Origin: Alphaproteobacteria bacterium
GTDB taxonomy: Bacteria; Pseudomonadota; Alphaproteobacteria; UBA828
DNA length: 64,000 nucleotides
Reading direction: 5' to 3'
NCBI GenBank assembly: GCA_965237415.1
Contig: CBDEFM010000002.1
Span: 2,816,001 to 2,880,000 of the forward strand
Part shown: positions 48,882-58,775 of the stretch, piece after piece
How the letters are laid out: each line of letters starts with the position of its first letter
Numbering within the stretch: position 1 is the first letter of the stretch
The notes under the pieces: generated by a model
Told to the model about the DNA's origin: nothing
Seen by the model: only the letters and a program-made list of their open reading frames with translations
Databases searched by the model: none
Position numbers and translations under genes: made by a program

Positions 48882-50951
48882 GTGCGACTTTCCGTCGATG
48901 TCGGGGGGACCTTCACCGACCTCGTGCTCGAGGCTGGGGACGGGACGTTCCGGCTCTTCAAGTCGCCCACGCGGCCGGACGATCCGGTGCAAGGCTGCCT
49001 CGAGGTGGTGCAGCAGGCGGCGGACGCGGACGGGCGCGATCGGGCGGCCCTGCTCGGCGAATGCGAGCTGTTCCTGCACGCCACCACGCGCGCGACCAAC
49101 GCCGTGCTGACCGGCCGCACGGCGCGGACCGCCTTCCTCACCACCGAGGGACATCCGGACATATTCCTGCTGCGGGAGGGCGGCCGGGTCGATCCCTTCG
49201 ATAACACCGTGCCGTTCCCCGAGCCGCTGGTGCCGCGCCGCCTGACCTTCGAGATTCCGGAGCGGATCCGCGCCGACGGCGTGGTCCACAAGCCGTTGGA
49301 CGAAGACGCCGTCCGCGCCGTCATCGAGCGGCTCAAGGCAGCCCAAGTCGAAGCCGTCGGGGTTTGCCTGATCTGGTCGATCGTCAACCCCGACCACGAG
49401 GAACGGGTCGGCGCGCTCCTGGACGCCCATTTGCCGGGCGTGCCCTACACGCTTTCCCACCGCCTCAACCCCTCGTTGCGGGAGTACCGGCGGGCGTCAA
49501 GCGCCTGCATCGACGCGTCGTTGAAGCCGGTCATGACCGGCTACCTGTCGTCCCTGGAAGCGCGGCTGCGCGAAGCCGGTTTCAACGGCCGGCTGCTCAC
49601 CGTGACCTCCCAGGGCGGTGTCGTCGACGCGGCAGACCTCGCGGCGACGCCGATCCACTCCCTGAATTCCGGCCCGGCGATGGCGCCTGTCGCGGGGCGA
49701 GTTTTCGCCGCCGCCGAGGGCGACGAGGACATGGCCATCGTCGCCGACACCGGCGGCACCAGCTACGACGTCTCGCTCGTCCGCAAGGGGCGGATTCCCT
49801 GGACCCGGGAGACATGGCTCGGGCCGCGCATTCGGGGGCACATGACGGGGTTTCCCTCCGTCGACGTGCGCAGCGTCGGCGCCGGCGGCGGCTCCATCGC
49901 CTGGGTCGATCCGGGCGGCATGCTTCATGTCGGCCCGGACAGCGCGGGGTCCGTGCCGGGCCCGGCCTGCTACGGCCAGGGCGGCAGCGAGCCGACCGTG
50001 ACCGACGCCGCGCTCGCCCTCGGCTATATCGATGCCGACTTCTTCCTGGGCGGTGCCATCGCGCTCGACACGGATCGCGCGACGGCGGCCATCGCGGAAA
50101 AGATCGGGGCTCCCTTGGGCGTGGGCGCGCACGCGGCTGCGGCCGCCGTCCTCGATGTCGTCAGCCAGAACATGGTCCATGCTATCGAGAACATCACGAT
50201 CAACCAGGGTGTCGATCCGCGCGAGGCCGTGCTGATCGGCGGCGGCGGCGCGGCGGGTCTCAACTCCGTGCAGGTCGCGCGACGGCTTGGCTGCAAGCGC
50301 GTCGTCATCCCCGACGTCGGCGCGACGCTCAGCGCCGCCGGCGCGCTGATGTCCGATCTCAGCACCGAGTTCAGCCGCACCACCTTCACGACCAGCGACC
50401 GCTTCGCGACCGAGGCGGTCAATGCGACCCTGCAGGAGCTGGAGGCACTGTGCCGGGCCTTCCTCGAGGGCCGCGGCACCGCCGGGATGGAGCAGAGCAT
50501 CGAGTTCTCGGTCGAGGCCCGCTATCCGCACCAGGTCTGGGAGATCGAGGTGCCGCTGGCGAAAGGCCGCTTTGACGATCCGGCGGATGTCGAGCGGCTG
50601 GTGGCGGACCTCCACGACCTGCATGAGGAGATGTTCGCCCTGGCAGATCGCGATTCGCATGTCGAAGCGGTCACGTGGCGCGCGCGGGCGCGCTGCGCCA
50701 TCGGCCGCCTGACCGACGCCCGCGCCGTGGAGCCTGCGGCCGATGGCGAGAGCCGCTGGACGCGGGTCGCCTACTTCCCCGGGGTGGGGTTGGTCGACGC
50801 CCACGTGCACCGATTGCAGGCGATGGCCGGCGGCGAACGCGTAGACGGCCCGGCGATCGTCGAATCGAGCTTCACCACCGTGGTCATCGATCCGGGTGCG
50901 TCAGTGGTCCGCCCGGCGGGCGGCAATCTGATCGTCGACGTGAGCGGCTAG
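48882..50951 (+). CDS. hydantoinase/5-oxoprolinase subunit A
   Basis: DVGGTFTD, SGPA, DTGGTSYDV, GAGGGSIA, PGPACYG, TVTDA; GGAGGG RBS before GTG. Confidence 0.92.
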   Translation: MRLSVDVGGTFTDLVLEAGDGTFRLFKSPTRPDDPVQGCLEVVQQAADADGRDRAALLGECELFLHATTRATNAVLTGRTARTAFLTTEGHPDIFLLREGGRVDPFDNTVPFPEPLVPRRLTFEIPERIRADGVVHKPLDEDAVRAVIERLKAAQVEAVGVCLIWSIVNPDHEERVGALLDAHLPGVPYTLSHRLNPSLREYRRASSACIDASLKPVMTGYLSSLEARLREAGFNGRLLTVTSQGGVVDAADLAATPIHSLNSGPAMAPVAGRVFAAAEGDEDMAIVADTGGTSYDVSLVRKGRIPWTRETWLGPRIRGHMTGFPSVDVRSVGAGGGSIAWVDPGGMLHVGPDSAGSVPGPACYGQGGSEPTVTDAALALGYIDADFFLGGAIALDTDRATAAIAEKIGAPLGVGAHAAAAAVLDVVSQNMVHAIENITINQGVDPREAVLIGGGGAAGLNSVQVARRLGCKRVVIPDVGATLSAAGALMSDLSTEFSRTTFTTSDRFATEAVNATLQELEALCRAFLEGRGTAGMEQSIEFSVEARYPHQVWEIEVPLAKGRFDDPADVERLVADLHDLHEEMFALADRDSHVEAVTWRARARCAIGRLTDARAVEPAADGESRWTRVAYFPGVGLVDAHVHRLQAMAGGERVDGPAIVESSFTTVVIDPGASVVRPAGGNLIVDVSG

Positions 50952-50972
50952 AAGGACTGGGAGAACGGGACC

Positions 50973-52772
50973 ATGGCCAGAAACAACACGGCAAAGGGCG
51001 GAGACCGGACCTTCGACGGGGTCCGCTTGGCGGTGCTCTCCAAGCGCTTCGAAAGCGTGGCCTCGAAAATGGCTAATACCCTCCTGCGCACGGGTCGCTC
51101 GGGCGTGCTCAACATGGCGCGGGACTTCTCGTGCTGCGTCGTCACGGCCGATTGCGAGCTGATCTCGGCGGCCGAGTGCTACCCGATTCACGTCCTGCGC
51201 GGCGCGGACATCATGGCTGCGGTGATGAAGGAGTTTCACCCCGAGCTCAGGCGCGGCGACGCCTTCCTGCACAACTCGCCCTATCACGGCAACTCGCACG
51301 CAGCCGACCACGTGATCCTGGTGCCCGTCATCGACGACGACGGCGTGCACCGCTTCACCGTGCTCGCAAAGGCCCATCAGGCGGACTGCGGCAACTCCAT
51401 GGCGACCACGTACATGGGCGCCGCCCGGGACGTGTACGAAGAAGGCGCGCTGATATTCCCGGCCGTGCAGGTGCAGCGGGACTACGAAGACATCCAGGAC
51501 ATCATCCGGATGTGCGAGTTGCGCATCCGGGTTCCTTCGCAGTGGCGCGGCGACTACCTGGCCATGCTGGGCGCGGCGCGGATCGGCGAGCGCGCCATGC
51601 TCGAAATGGGCCGCGACGTGGGCTGGGACACGCTCGAGCACTACACGCGCGAATACTTCGACTACGGCGAATACCTGATGATCCAGGCGGTCCGCGAGAT
51701 GCCGAGCGGCAAGGCCAGCGCGACCGCCACCCACGACCCGGTTCCGGGAACGCCGGAGCACGGCATCACGGTCAAGGCCGAGGTTACCGTGGACAGCGAG
51801 AATGCGCGGATTTCCGTCGATCTGCGCGACAACCCGCAAGCCTATCCCTGCGGCCTCAATCTGTCCCAGGCGTGTGCGCTCTCCGCCTGCATGGTCGGCG
51901 TGTTCAACACGGTCGGCCACAAGGTCCCGCCCAATGCCGGCAGCTACCGGCGCATCGACGTGCTGCTCGGCGAAGGCACCGTCTGCGGCATCCCGCGCCA
52001 TCCCACCAGCACCTCGGTGGCGACGACCAATCTCGGCGACCGGGTGACCTGCGCGGTGCAGCGCGCGCTGGCCGACATCGGCGATGGCATCGGCATGGCG
52101 GACGGCGGCGCCGCGATACCAGCGACGGGGGCGGTGATCTCGGGTTCCGATCCACGCCACGGCGGCGCACCCTTCTGCAACGAGGTGATCCTGCTGGGTG
52201 GCAGCGGCCCCGGCACGCCCCACACCGACGGCTGGCTGACCATGCTGACCATGGGGAATGCCGGCATGCCGCTCGTCGACAGCATCGAGGTGGACGAGAT
52301 TCATCACCCCATGCTGGTCACGGAACGCCGGCTGATACCGGATTCGGAGGGTGAAGGCCGCTTCCGGGGCGGGCCCGGCTTCCGGGTGGAATACGGCCCG
52401 GTGGACTGCGATATGGAGCTCGGCTACGTCTGCGACGGCAGCCTGAACCCGGCCAAGGGTGCCCGTGGCGGCGGCGAGGGCTGCCCCGCACGCCACTACA
52501 AGAGGATCGAGGGGCAGGGCGAGCTGGTCGAGGTGCCGGATACCAGTGCCCAATATGTCCTCAAGCGCGGGGAGACGGTGATCTCCTACACACCCGGCGG
52601 CGGAGGCTACGGCCCGCCGCTCGAACGCGATCCCGAACGCGTGCAGAAGGACGTGACCGAGGGCTGGATCACGCGCGCCCGCGCCCACGACGTCTATGGC
52701 GTGATCATCGATTCGAGCGGTTCGGTCGACGCGGACGCGACTGCGGCGCGCCGGGCCGACATGGCTGGCTGA
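50973..52772 (+). CDS. hydantoinase/5-oxoprolinase subunit B
   Basis: RDFSC, NSPYHGNSHAAD, AHQADCG, GRFRGG, TPGGGGYGPPLERD. Confidence 0.92.
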   Translation: MARNNTAKGGDRTFDGVRLAVLSKRFESVASKMANTLLRTGRSGVLNMARDFSCCVVTADCELISAAECYPIHVLRGADIMAAVMKEFHPELRRGDAFLHNSPYHGNSHAADHVILVPVIDDDGVHRFTVLAKAHQADCGNSMATTYMGAARDVYEEGALIFPAVQVQRDYEDIQDIIRMCELRIRVPSQWRGDYLAMLGAARIGERAMLEMGRDVGWDTLEHYTREYFDYGEYLMIQAVREMPSGKASATATHDPVPGTPEHGITVKAEVTVDSENARISVDLRDNPQAYPCGLNLSQACALSACMVGVFNTVGHKVPPNAGSYRRIDVLLGEGTVCGIPRHPTSTSVATTNLGDRVTCAVQRALADIGDGIGMADGGAAIPATGAVISGSDPRHGGAPFCNEVILLGGSGPGTPHTDGWLTMLTMGNAGMPLVDSIEVDEIHHPMLVTERRLIPDSEGEGRFRGGPGFRVEYGPVDCDMELGYVCDGSLNPAKGARGGGEGCPARHYKRIEGQGELVEVPDTSAQYVLKRGETVISYTPGGGGYGPPLERDPERVQKDVTEGWITRARAHDVYGVIIDSSGSVDADATAARRADMAG

Positions 52773-52862
52773 ACGGCAGGACCCGGGCGCGACGGAGGCA
52801 GGCCGTGACAGTGGCGAGAAATCCGGGCTAGGCTCAACGATACCGATAGAGGGAGGGACGCA

Positions 52863-53858
52863 ATGAGAAGACTAGTCATCTGGCACTGAAGTTGAGATCA
52901 TTATAGATTAGCAGTGCTGCCACACTAAGTCGCTCTATTGTCGAAGAATTTAGTCGTTCAACATAGTTAGCTTTATGTGGCGAACTTCAGATTCAGGTGA
53001 CTAGCACTCGTTTCCATGGCTATGGGCGCCGCGTTGGTGGCCTGGACGACGGTCGGCGCGGCGCAGGCTGCCGACCCGATGTGCGAACCCGACGAGGTCG
53101 CAGAGAAGTATCCCGATATCGCGGGCAAGACCTTGAAGATCGGCGCGGATCCGCAGACCCCGCCTTACGTGTTCCGCGATGGCGAAAATTTCGACAATGT
53201 GATCGGATACGACGCCGACCTGTCGCGCGCGGTCTTCGCCTGCGCCGGTGTCGATGTCGAGTTCGAGCTCGGCGGCTGGTCCGGCCTTCTGCCCGCCCTC
53301 GTCGCCGGCCAGATCGACGTGATGTGGGACACCCTCTACTACACCGCCGAGCGGGCCGAGCAGGTGGACTACATCGTCTACATGCAGGCCGGTACCGGCG
53401 GTATGACCCAGAAGGGCAATCCGAAGAACATCGGCGGCCTGGACGATGCCTGCGGCACGGTGTTCTCCGTCGGCCTCGGCACGGTCGAGGAAGCGGCCAT
53501 GCGCTCCCAGAGTCAGGCGTGCACCGACGGCGGCATGGAACCGGTAGAGATCATGACCTATCCGGATGTCGCCGCCGGGTTCCGGCAGGTCGAGAACCAG
53601 CGCGCCGATATCATGATGTCGGATCTGAGCCTGCTGACCAAGTACTCGATCGACAACCCGGACACGACCGAGTTGGCGTTCAAGATCCTCACCGGCTTCA
53701 AGATTGGCGTCGCCGTCGTCAACGACGCCGACGATCTGCTTCGGGCCATCGAGGACGGGCTGCGCGTCATGGAGGCGAACGGCACCAAGCGGGAGCTGTT
53801 CATCAAGTACCAGATGGACCCCGACCTCACATTGGCGACAGAGGTATTGCGCGATTAG
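52863..53858 (+). pseudogene. polar amino-acid ABC substrate-binding protein interrupted at codon 4 by a MITE
   Basis: GGGAGGGA RBS plus ATG AGA AGA CTA at 52863; removing the insert restores MRRLALVSMAMGAALVAWTTVGAAQA. Family-3 SBP motifs PPY, GYDADL, YTAERAEQVDY. The residual ORF 53016-53858 is intact. Confidence 0.75.
52876..53000. mobile_element. 125-bp AT-rich MITE with CTAG target duplication
   Basis: CTAG at 52872-52875 and 53001-53004; terminal inverted repeats TCATCTGGCACTGAAGTT / AACTTCAGATTCAGGTGA match at 14 of 18 positions. Confidence 0.85.
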
Positions 53859-53888
53859 CAGGCGATAGGGCATCCGGTTAGCCCTTAA

Positions 53889-55957
53889 CCCAAGTTTAAC
53901 AACCCGTTTCGAAGTCTGTTGTTTATCAATGCGTTGGGGAGCAAGAATTCCGCGTATGGCACTACATTTCGGTTGCCTGTGCCGGATTCGGGGTCAGACG
54001 ATCATCTTCCTGATGCCTCCGGGAACGGGGTCTGCGCCGAGCGCCTGATAGATGGCCCGTTGTCGGAGCTCCGCGCGCGTCGGTTTGCGCACATGAAGGG
54101 TGCGGCCGTCCTTGCGCCGGAAGGTTGCCGTGACGCGCTGCTGGCCTTCGAGAATGCGTCGCAGGCTGGCCCAGCTTGCGCGCTCCCCCTGCTCGCCGAG
54201 GCGCCGGCGGATGGTCTGCACCAGCTGGTAGGCGATCACGGTGATGAACAGGTGCCCGTCGGAGCGCTTCTGGGTCTGGTGGAAGATGGGGCGCAGGCCG
54301 AGTTCGGATTTGAGCGAGCGGAACACGGCCTCCACATCTGTGAGCGCAGTATAAGTGCGCCACAACGTCTCCTCGTCCCAGTCCTCGACGTTGGTGCGCA
54401 GGCAGTAGACGCCGGATGGGTGATCATGGTGCCGGCGAGCGGGCGGCGTTCCCAAGTGACGGCGCGGGCCTTCTTTCCGCTGTCATCGGCGATGACATCG
54501 ATGACGTAGTGCGCCCCGACACCGCGGCTCTTCTCCTTGATCCGGCCGATCCGCTGCCAGACATGGTCGAGCCGCTTGCGGGTGCGCGGGCGCTTGAGGC
54601 CGTCGTGGAGCTTGCGCAGCTCACCCTCGAAGCGCGCGGCGAAGCGCGCGGCAATGCCCTGTTCCGTCTTCGCCCGCGCCTCGGAGTAGCAGTAGAGCCG
54701 CACCTCTCCCCCGTCCGCCTCGACCACCCTGTGCACATGGACCGTCTGGCGCGACCGGGTCTCGAGGGCAATCGCCAGGTCCGGGTCGAAGCGGCGCGCG
54801 CGTTCCCGGCTGACGACCAGATAGCGGTAGCCGTTCTCGCGCAGCCAGACGACATTGGCCTCGGTGGCGACCCCCGCATCCATCACCACCAGAGCGTCCG
54901 CCGGAGCATGCAAGGCGTCGAGCATGGGCGCCAGGGTCGTGTCTTCGTTGACCGCGCCCGCGAACACTTCGGACCGGCGCACGAAGCCCGCGCCGTCGAG
55001 CACCAGGCCCAGGGTGAGCAGCGGGCAATCGCTGCGCTTCTCCTTGGAGTGGCCGCGTTCGGCCTTGGGCTGGGCCGCCGCCTCACCCTCGAAGAAGGTG
55101 TTGGTCAGGTCGTACAGCGTGACCGTTTGGGGCAAGGCGAACAGGTCCGCCACCTGCTCGAACAGGTGGGCCTCGATCGCCGCGCGCCGCGCCAGCAGGG
55201 CATCGGAGGCCCGGTAGAGGCGCATCATACTCATCCGCTCGAAGTCCACGCCCAGCAACTCGCCGAGGGCCGAACGCTCGCACAGCCAGCGCCAGCTGGC
55301 GCGCTCCGAGCCCGGTGCTGCCATGCGCGCGATGATGGTGGCCATGGCCAGCGCGCGTTGCGTGCCGTTGAAGCCGAGCCGCTCCAGCAGAGCCTCCAGG
55401 CCGAGCTGCTCCATGGCCCACAGCCCGACATTCTCGACGCCGACCGAGCGCGGGCGGATCAACTCCAGGGAACTCACATCCACCGTCTGCAGGTCGGGGC
55501 GCTCGACTGCGGCGGGCGGTGCGCGATTGAGGAGTTGCGCGGCGATGCGCTGGGCATCCCGCTCCACCTCTTGCGGACAGGACAGCGGCACCAGTTCGCC
55601 CTGGCGCTCGAGCAGCTGCTGGATCCGGGCGCACAGCACGGGCCAGTGCCGTCGCTCGAGCGGGAAGTCGCTGCCGAGGTTGAGCAGGGTGTGCTGGCGG
55701 ACCCTGTCTCCGCTGCGCTCGTTGCGCACGAGGCGGTACGAGTAATAGACGTCGCCGCGTTCGGTTGTGCGTATCTTGGCGTGCCGGATGAACATGGGCG
55801 GAGGATAACGGCGGGCCCGGCCTTTGATAACCCCCTGACTCGAATATTATGTCACTACATCGCGCCCGTGAAACACGAAAACAAGCAAAATCAACGCGTT
55901 AGCGGATACCCGGCGCCCAAATACGCCAACTTCTGCCTCCCGAATGTTAAACTTGGG
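53889..55957 (-). mobile_element. IS1634-family insertion sequence (2069 bp)
   Basis: Perfect 13-bp TIRs CCCAAGTTTAACA / TGTTAAACTTGGG, flanked by TTAA on both sides. Confidence 0.9.
53994..55795 (-). pseudogene. IS1634 DDE transposase with a 1-bp frameshift
   Basis: LYDLTNTFFEG, GHSKEKRSDC, VVMDAG, then in a second frame GVYCLRTN...VEAVFRSLKSELGLRPIFH; break at ~54412. Confidence 0.88.
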
Positions 55958-55976
55958 TTAACACGCCTTAGCGGAG

Positions 55977-57773
55977 ATGCCGCTCGCCGAGCGTTTCGGC
56001 TGGACCCTGCTCGTATCGTGCGTACTTGGGGTCTTGCTGATTCTCATCGGCGACGGCATCCCCAACGCTTGGGGCATCACGCTCCAGGAACTCGCTCAGG
56101 GCGAAAAGCGCGAGAAGGCGGAGACCGGCAGCTTCCTCGCATGGCTCCGCGAGTTTTTGGGCTACGTCACCTCCTCGTTCCTGCTCGAGGGCGCGTGGCT
56201 CGCGGTCAAGATCACCGTGCTCGCCATGGCGATCGGCCTGTTCCTGGGCCTCGTGCTCGCGCTCATGCGGCTCTCCGGAATGTGGCCGCTGAGCGCGTCG
56301 TCCTGGTTCTACATCTGGTTCATGCGGGGCACGCCGCAGCTCCTGCAGCTCGTCTTCATCTTCGACGCACTGCCCTTGATCGGGCTCAGGTTCGACACCT
56401 TCACCACCGCCGTCATCGGCTTCGCGCTCAACGAGGCGGCGTTCAGCGGCGAGATCATCCGGGGCGGCATCATCTCGGTCGACCGCAATCAGAGCATCGC
56501 CGCCAAATCGCTCGGCATGGGCCCGACGCTGACGCTCCGGCGCATCATCATGCCTCAGGCGCTTCGCCCCATCCTGCCGGCCATGACGAACGACACGATC
56601 AGCATGCTGAAGCTGACGTCGATCGCGTCCGTGATCTTCGTCAACGAGCTGACCTTCCGCGCCCAGCAGATCGTCGGGCAGAACTTCAAGTTCTTCACCG
56701 TGTTCGCGGCTGCCGCAGTGATCTATCTGGTGATGACCAGCGTCATCTCCATCGTGCAGGCGATCCTCGAACGGCGTTTCAGCCTGGAGAAGCAGCCGCT
56801 CCCCGTCAGCGCCACCGCCATGGGGCGCTTTTTCGGTTTCCGCGGCATGGAGAAGCCGGTCGCAGCACCTGCGAGCTATGCCCCGGCCAGCCCGCCGCCG
56901 CCGGATCCGGACGCAGTGCCGGAACGGGTGGCGGATACGAGCGACTGGATCGAGCTCCTGGCCGAGCAGCAGCGCGAGACCCGGGAGCATAAGGACGAGC
57001 CCTTCGTGGTCTGCACCGACGTACACAAGTCCTACGGGCCGAACCACGTACTGCGCGGCATCGACATGACCGTGAAGCGGGGCGAGGTCGTGACCATCAT
57101 GGGGCCCAGCGGCTCGGGCAAGAGCACCCTGCTCAGGATGGTGAACCACCTGGAGGCCATCGACGACGGCGAGATCACGGTGGACAGCAAGTACGTCGGC
57201 TACGAGATCGTGAAGGGCAAGCTGAAGCCGAGCCGCGACCTCTCACGGGCCCGGGCGGAGGCCCGGATCGGCATGGTCTTCCAGCACTTCAACCTGTTCC
57301 ACCACTTCTCCGCGCTGGAGAACGTCGTCGAGGCGCCGATCCGCGTCTACGGCGTGCGCAAGCAGCAAGCCCATGAGGCGGCGCGCCGCCTGCTCATCGG
57401 CGTCGGGCTCGGCGGCCATCTGGACCACCTGCCGCACCGGCTCTCCGGCGGCCAGCAGCAGCGCGTGGCGATCTCGCGCGCGCTCGCCATCTCGCCCAAG
57501 CTGATGCTGTTCGACGAGCCGACATCGGCCCTCGATCCCGAGCTGGTTTCCGAAGTGCTCTCCGTGATCCGTCGCCTCGCCGAGGCGGGAATGACGCTCA
57601 TCGTGGTCACCCACGAGGTCCGCTTCGCCAAGGAGGTGGCGGACCGGGTGATCTTCATGGACGAAGGGCGGATCGTCGAGGAGGGGCCGCCCGCTCAGGT
57701 CCTCGGCAACCCGAAGGAGGCGCGCACCCGGCGCTTCCTGCAGCTCGTGGAACGCGAGGAAGGCACCTTCTAA
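55977..57773 (+). CDS. fused amino-acid ABC permease and ATPase
   Basis: RGTPQLLQL and [12 protein letters not shown] (HisM-type permease), Pro-rich linker, then [26 protein letters not shown]. Confidence 0.92.
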   Translation: MPLAERFGWTLLVSCVLGVLLILIGDGIPNAWGITLQELAQGEKREKAETGSFLAWLREFLGYVTSSFLLEGAWLAVKITVLAMAIGLFLGLVLALMRLSGMWPLSASSWFYIWFMRGTPQLLQLVFIFDALPLIGLRFDTFTTAVIGFALNEAAFSGEIIRGGIISVDRNQSIAAKSLGMGPTLTLRRIIMPQALRPILPAMTNDTISMLKLTSIASVIFVNELTFRAQQIVGQNFKFFTVFAAAAVIYLVMTSVISIVQAILERRFSLEKQPLPVSATAMGRFFGFRGMEKPVAAPASYAPASPPPPDPDAVPERVADTSDWIELLAEQQRETREHKDEPFVVCTDVHKSYGPNHVLRGIDMTVKRGEVVTIMGPSGSGKSTLLRMVNHLEAIDDGEITVDSKYVGYEIVKGKLKPSRDLSRARAEARIGMVFQHFNLFHHFSALENVVEAPIRVYGVRKQQAHEAARRLLIGVGLGGHLDHLPHRLSGGQQQRVAISRALAISPKLMLFDEPTSALDPELVSEVLSVIRRLAEAGMTLIVVTHEVRFAKEVADRVIFMDEGRIVEEGPPAQVLGNPKEARTRRFLQLVEREEGTF

Positions 57774-57784
57774 GGAGACGTGAC

Positions 57785-58705
57785 GTGGCCCGATCGGAGG
57801 CACCCTATCCGCGTGACATGGTGGGCTACGGCGCCAGGCCGCCGGACCCCCAATGGCCGGGTGGTGCCAATCTCTGCCTGACCATCGCCGTCAACTACGA
57901 GGCAGGCGGCGAGAACAGCATCCTCCACGGCGACTCCCATTCGGAGGGCGTGCTGACGGACACGGGCTTCCCGCCCTACGAGGGCGTGCGCAACATGATC
58001 GTGGAAAGCGCCTTCGAATACGGCAGCCGGCGCGGCTTCTGGCGGATCATGCGCATCCTCGAGGAACGCAACATAAAGACCAGCGTCTGGGCCGTGGTCA
58101 TGGGGCTGGAGCGCAACCCCGAGGCGGCCCAGGCCATCGTCGAAGGCGGCCATGAGGTCGTCAGCCACGGCTGGCGCTGGTTCGACTATCAGCATGTGCC
58201 GGAGGAGGTCGAGCGCCAGCATATCCGCCGCGCCGTCGAGGGGCTGGAACGGATGACGGGCGGGCGCCCCGTCGGCTGGATGACCGGCCGGCCGAGCCCG
58301 AACACCCGCCGCCTCCTGGTGGAGGAGGGCGGCTTCCTCTACGACCGCGACTCGCTCGGCGACGAGCTCCCCTATTGGGTTCGGGTTGGCGACACGCCCC
58401 ATCTGGTCATCCCGATTTCCTACGAGACCAACGACAACCGCTACAACGAGCACTCCGGCTTCGTCACCGCCGACGACTTCTTCACCTACATGAAGGACGC
58501 GTTCGACATGCTCTACCGGGAGGGCGAGCGGGGCGAGCCCAAGATGATGATGCTGGGTCTGCACGACCGGATCGTGGGCCGGCCTGCGCGCGCCGCCGGG
58601 CTGGAGCGCTTCCTCGATTACGTGCTCGAGCACGACAAGGTGTGGTTCGCCCGCGGCGTCGATATCGCCAGGCACTGGATGACGGTGCGTCCGGCCGCAC
58701 GATAG
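57785..58705 (+). CDS. PuuE-like allantoinase / polysaccharide-deacetylase-fold hydrolase
   Basis: YPRDMVGYG, NYEAGGE, EYGSRRGFWR, SHGWRW, DELPYW, GLHDRIVGRPAR. Confidence 0.85.
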   Translation: MARSEAPYPRDMVGYGARPPDPQWPGGANLCLTIAVNYEAGGENSILHGDSHSEGVLTDTGFPPYEGVRNMIVESAFEYGSRRGFWRIMRILEERNIKTSVWAVVMGLERNPEAAQAIVEGGHEVVSHGWRWFDYQHVPEEVERQHIRRAVEGLERMTGGRPVGWMTGRPSPNTRRLLVEEGGFLYDRDSLGDELPYWVRVGDTPHLVIPISYETNDNRYNEHSGFVTADDFFTYMKDAFDMLYREGERGEPKMMMLGLHDRIVGRPARAAGLERFLDYVLEHDKVWFARGVDIARHWMTVRPAAR

Positions 58706-58775
58706 CGAGACGCAGCGCTCTGGGGCTCGCCAACTCCTGCTCTGCGGCGCGCATGATCTTCATTGAGGTGACACG

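Noticed and set aside
57785-58705. Assignment to a canonical purine-degradation (puuE) locus
   Set aside because: No uricase, HIU hydrolase, OHCU decarboxylase or ureidoglycolate lyase genes are adjacent, so the substrate is left open.
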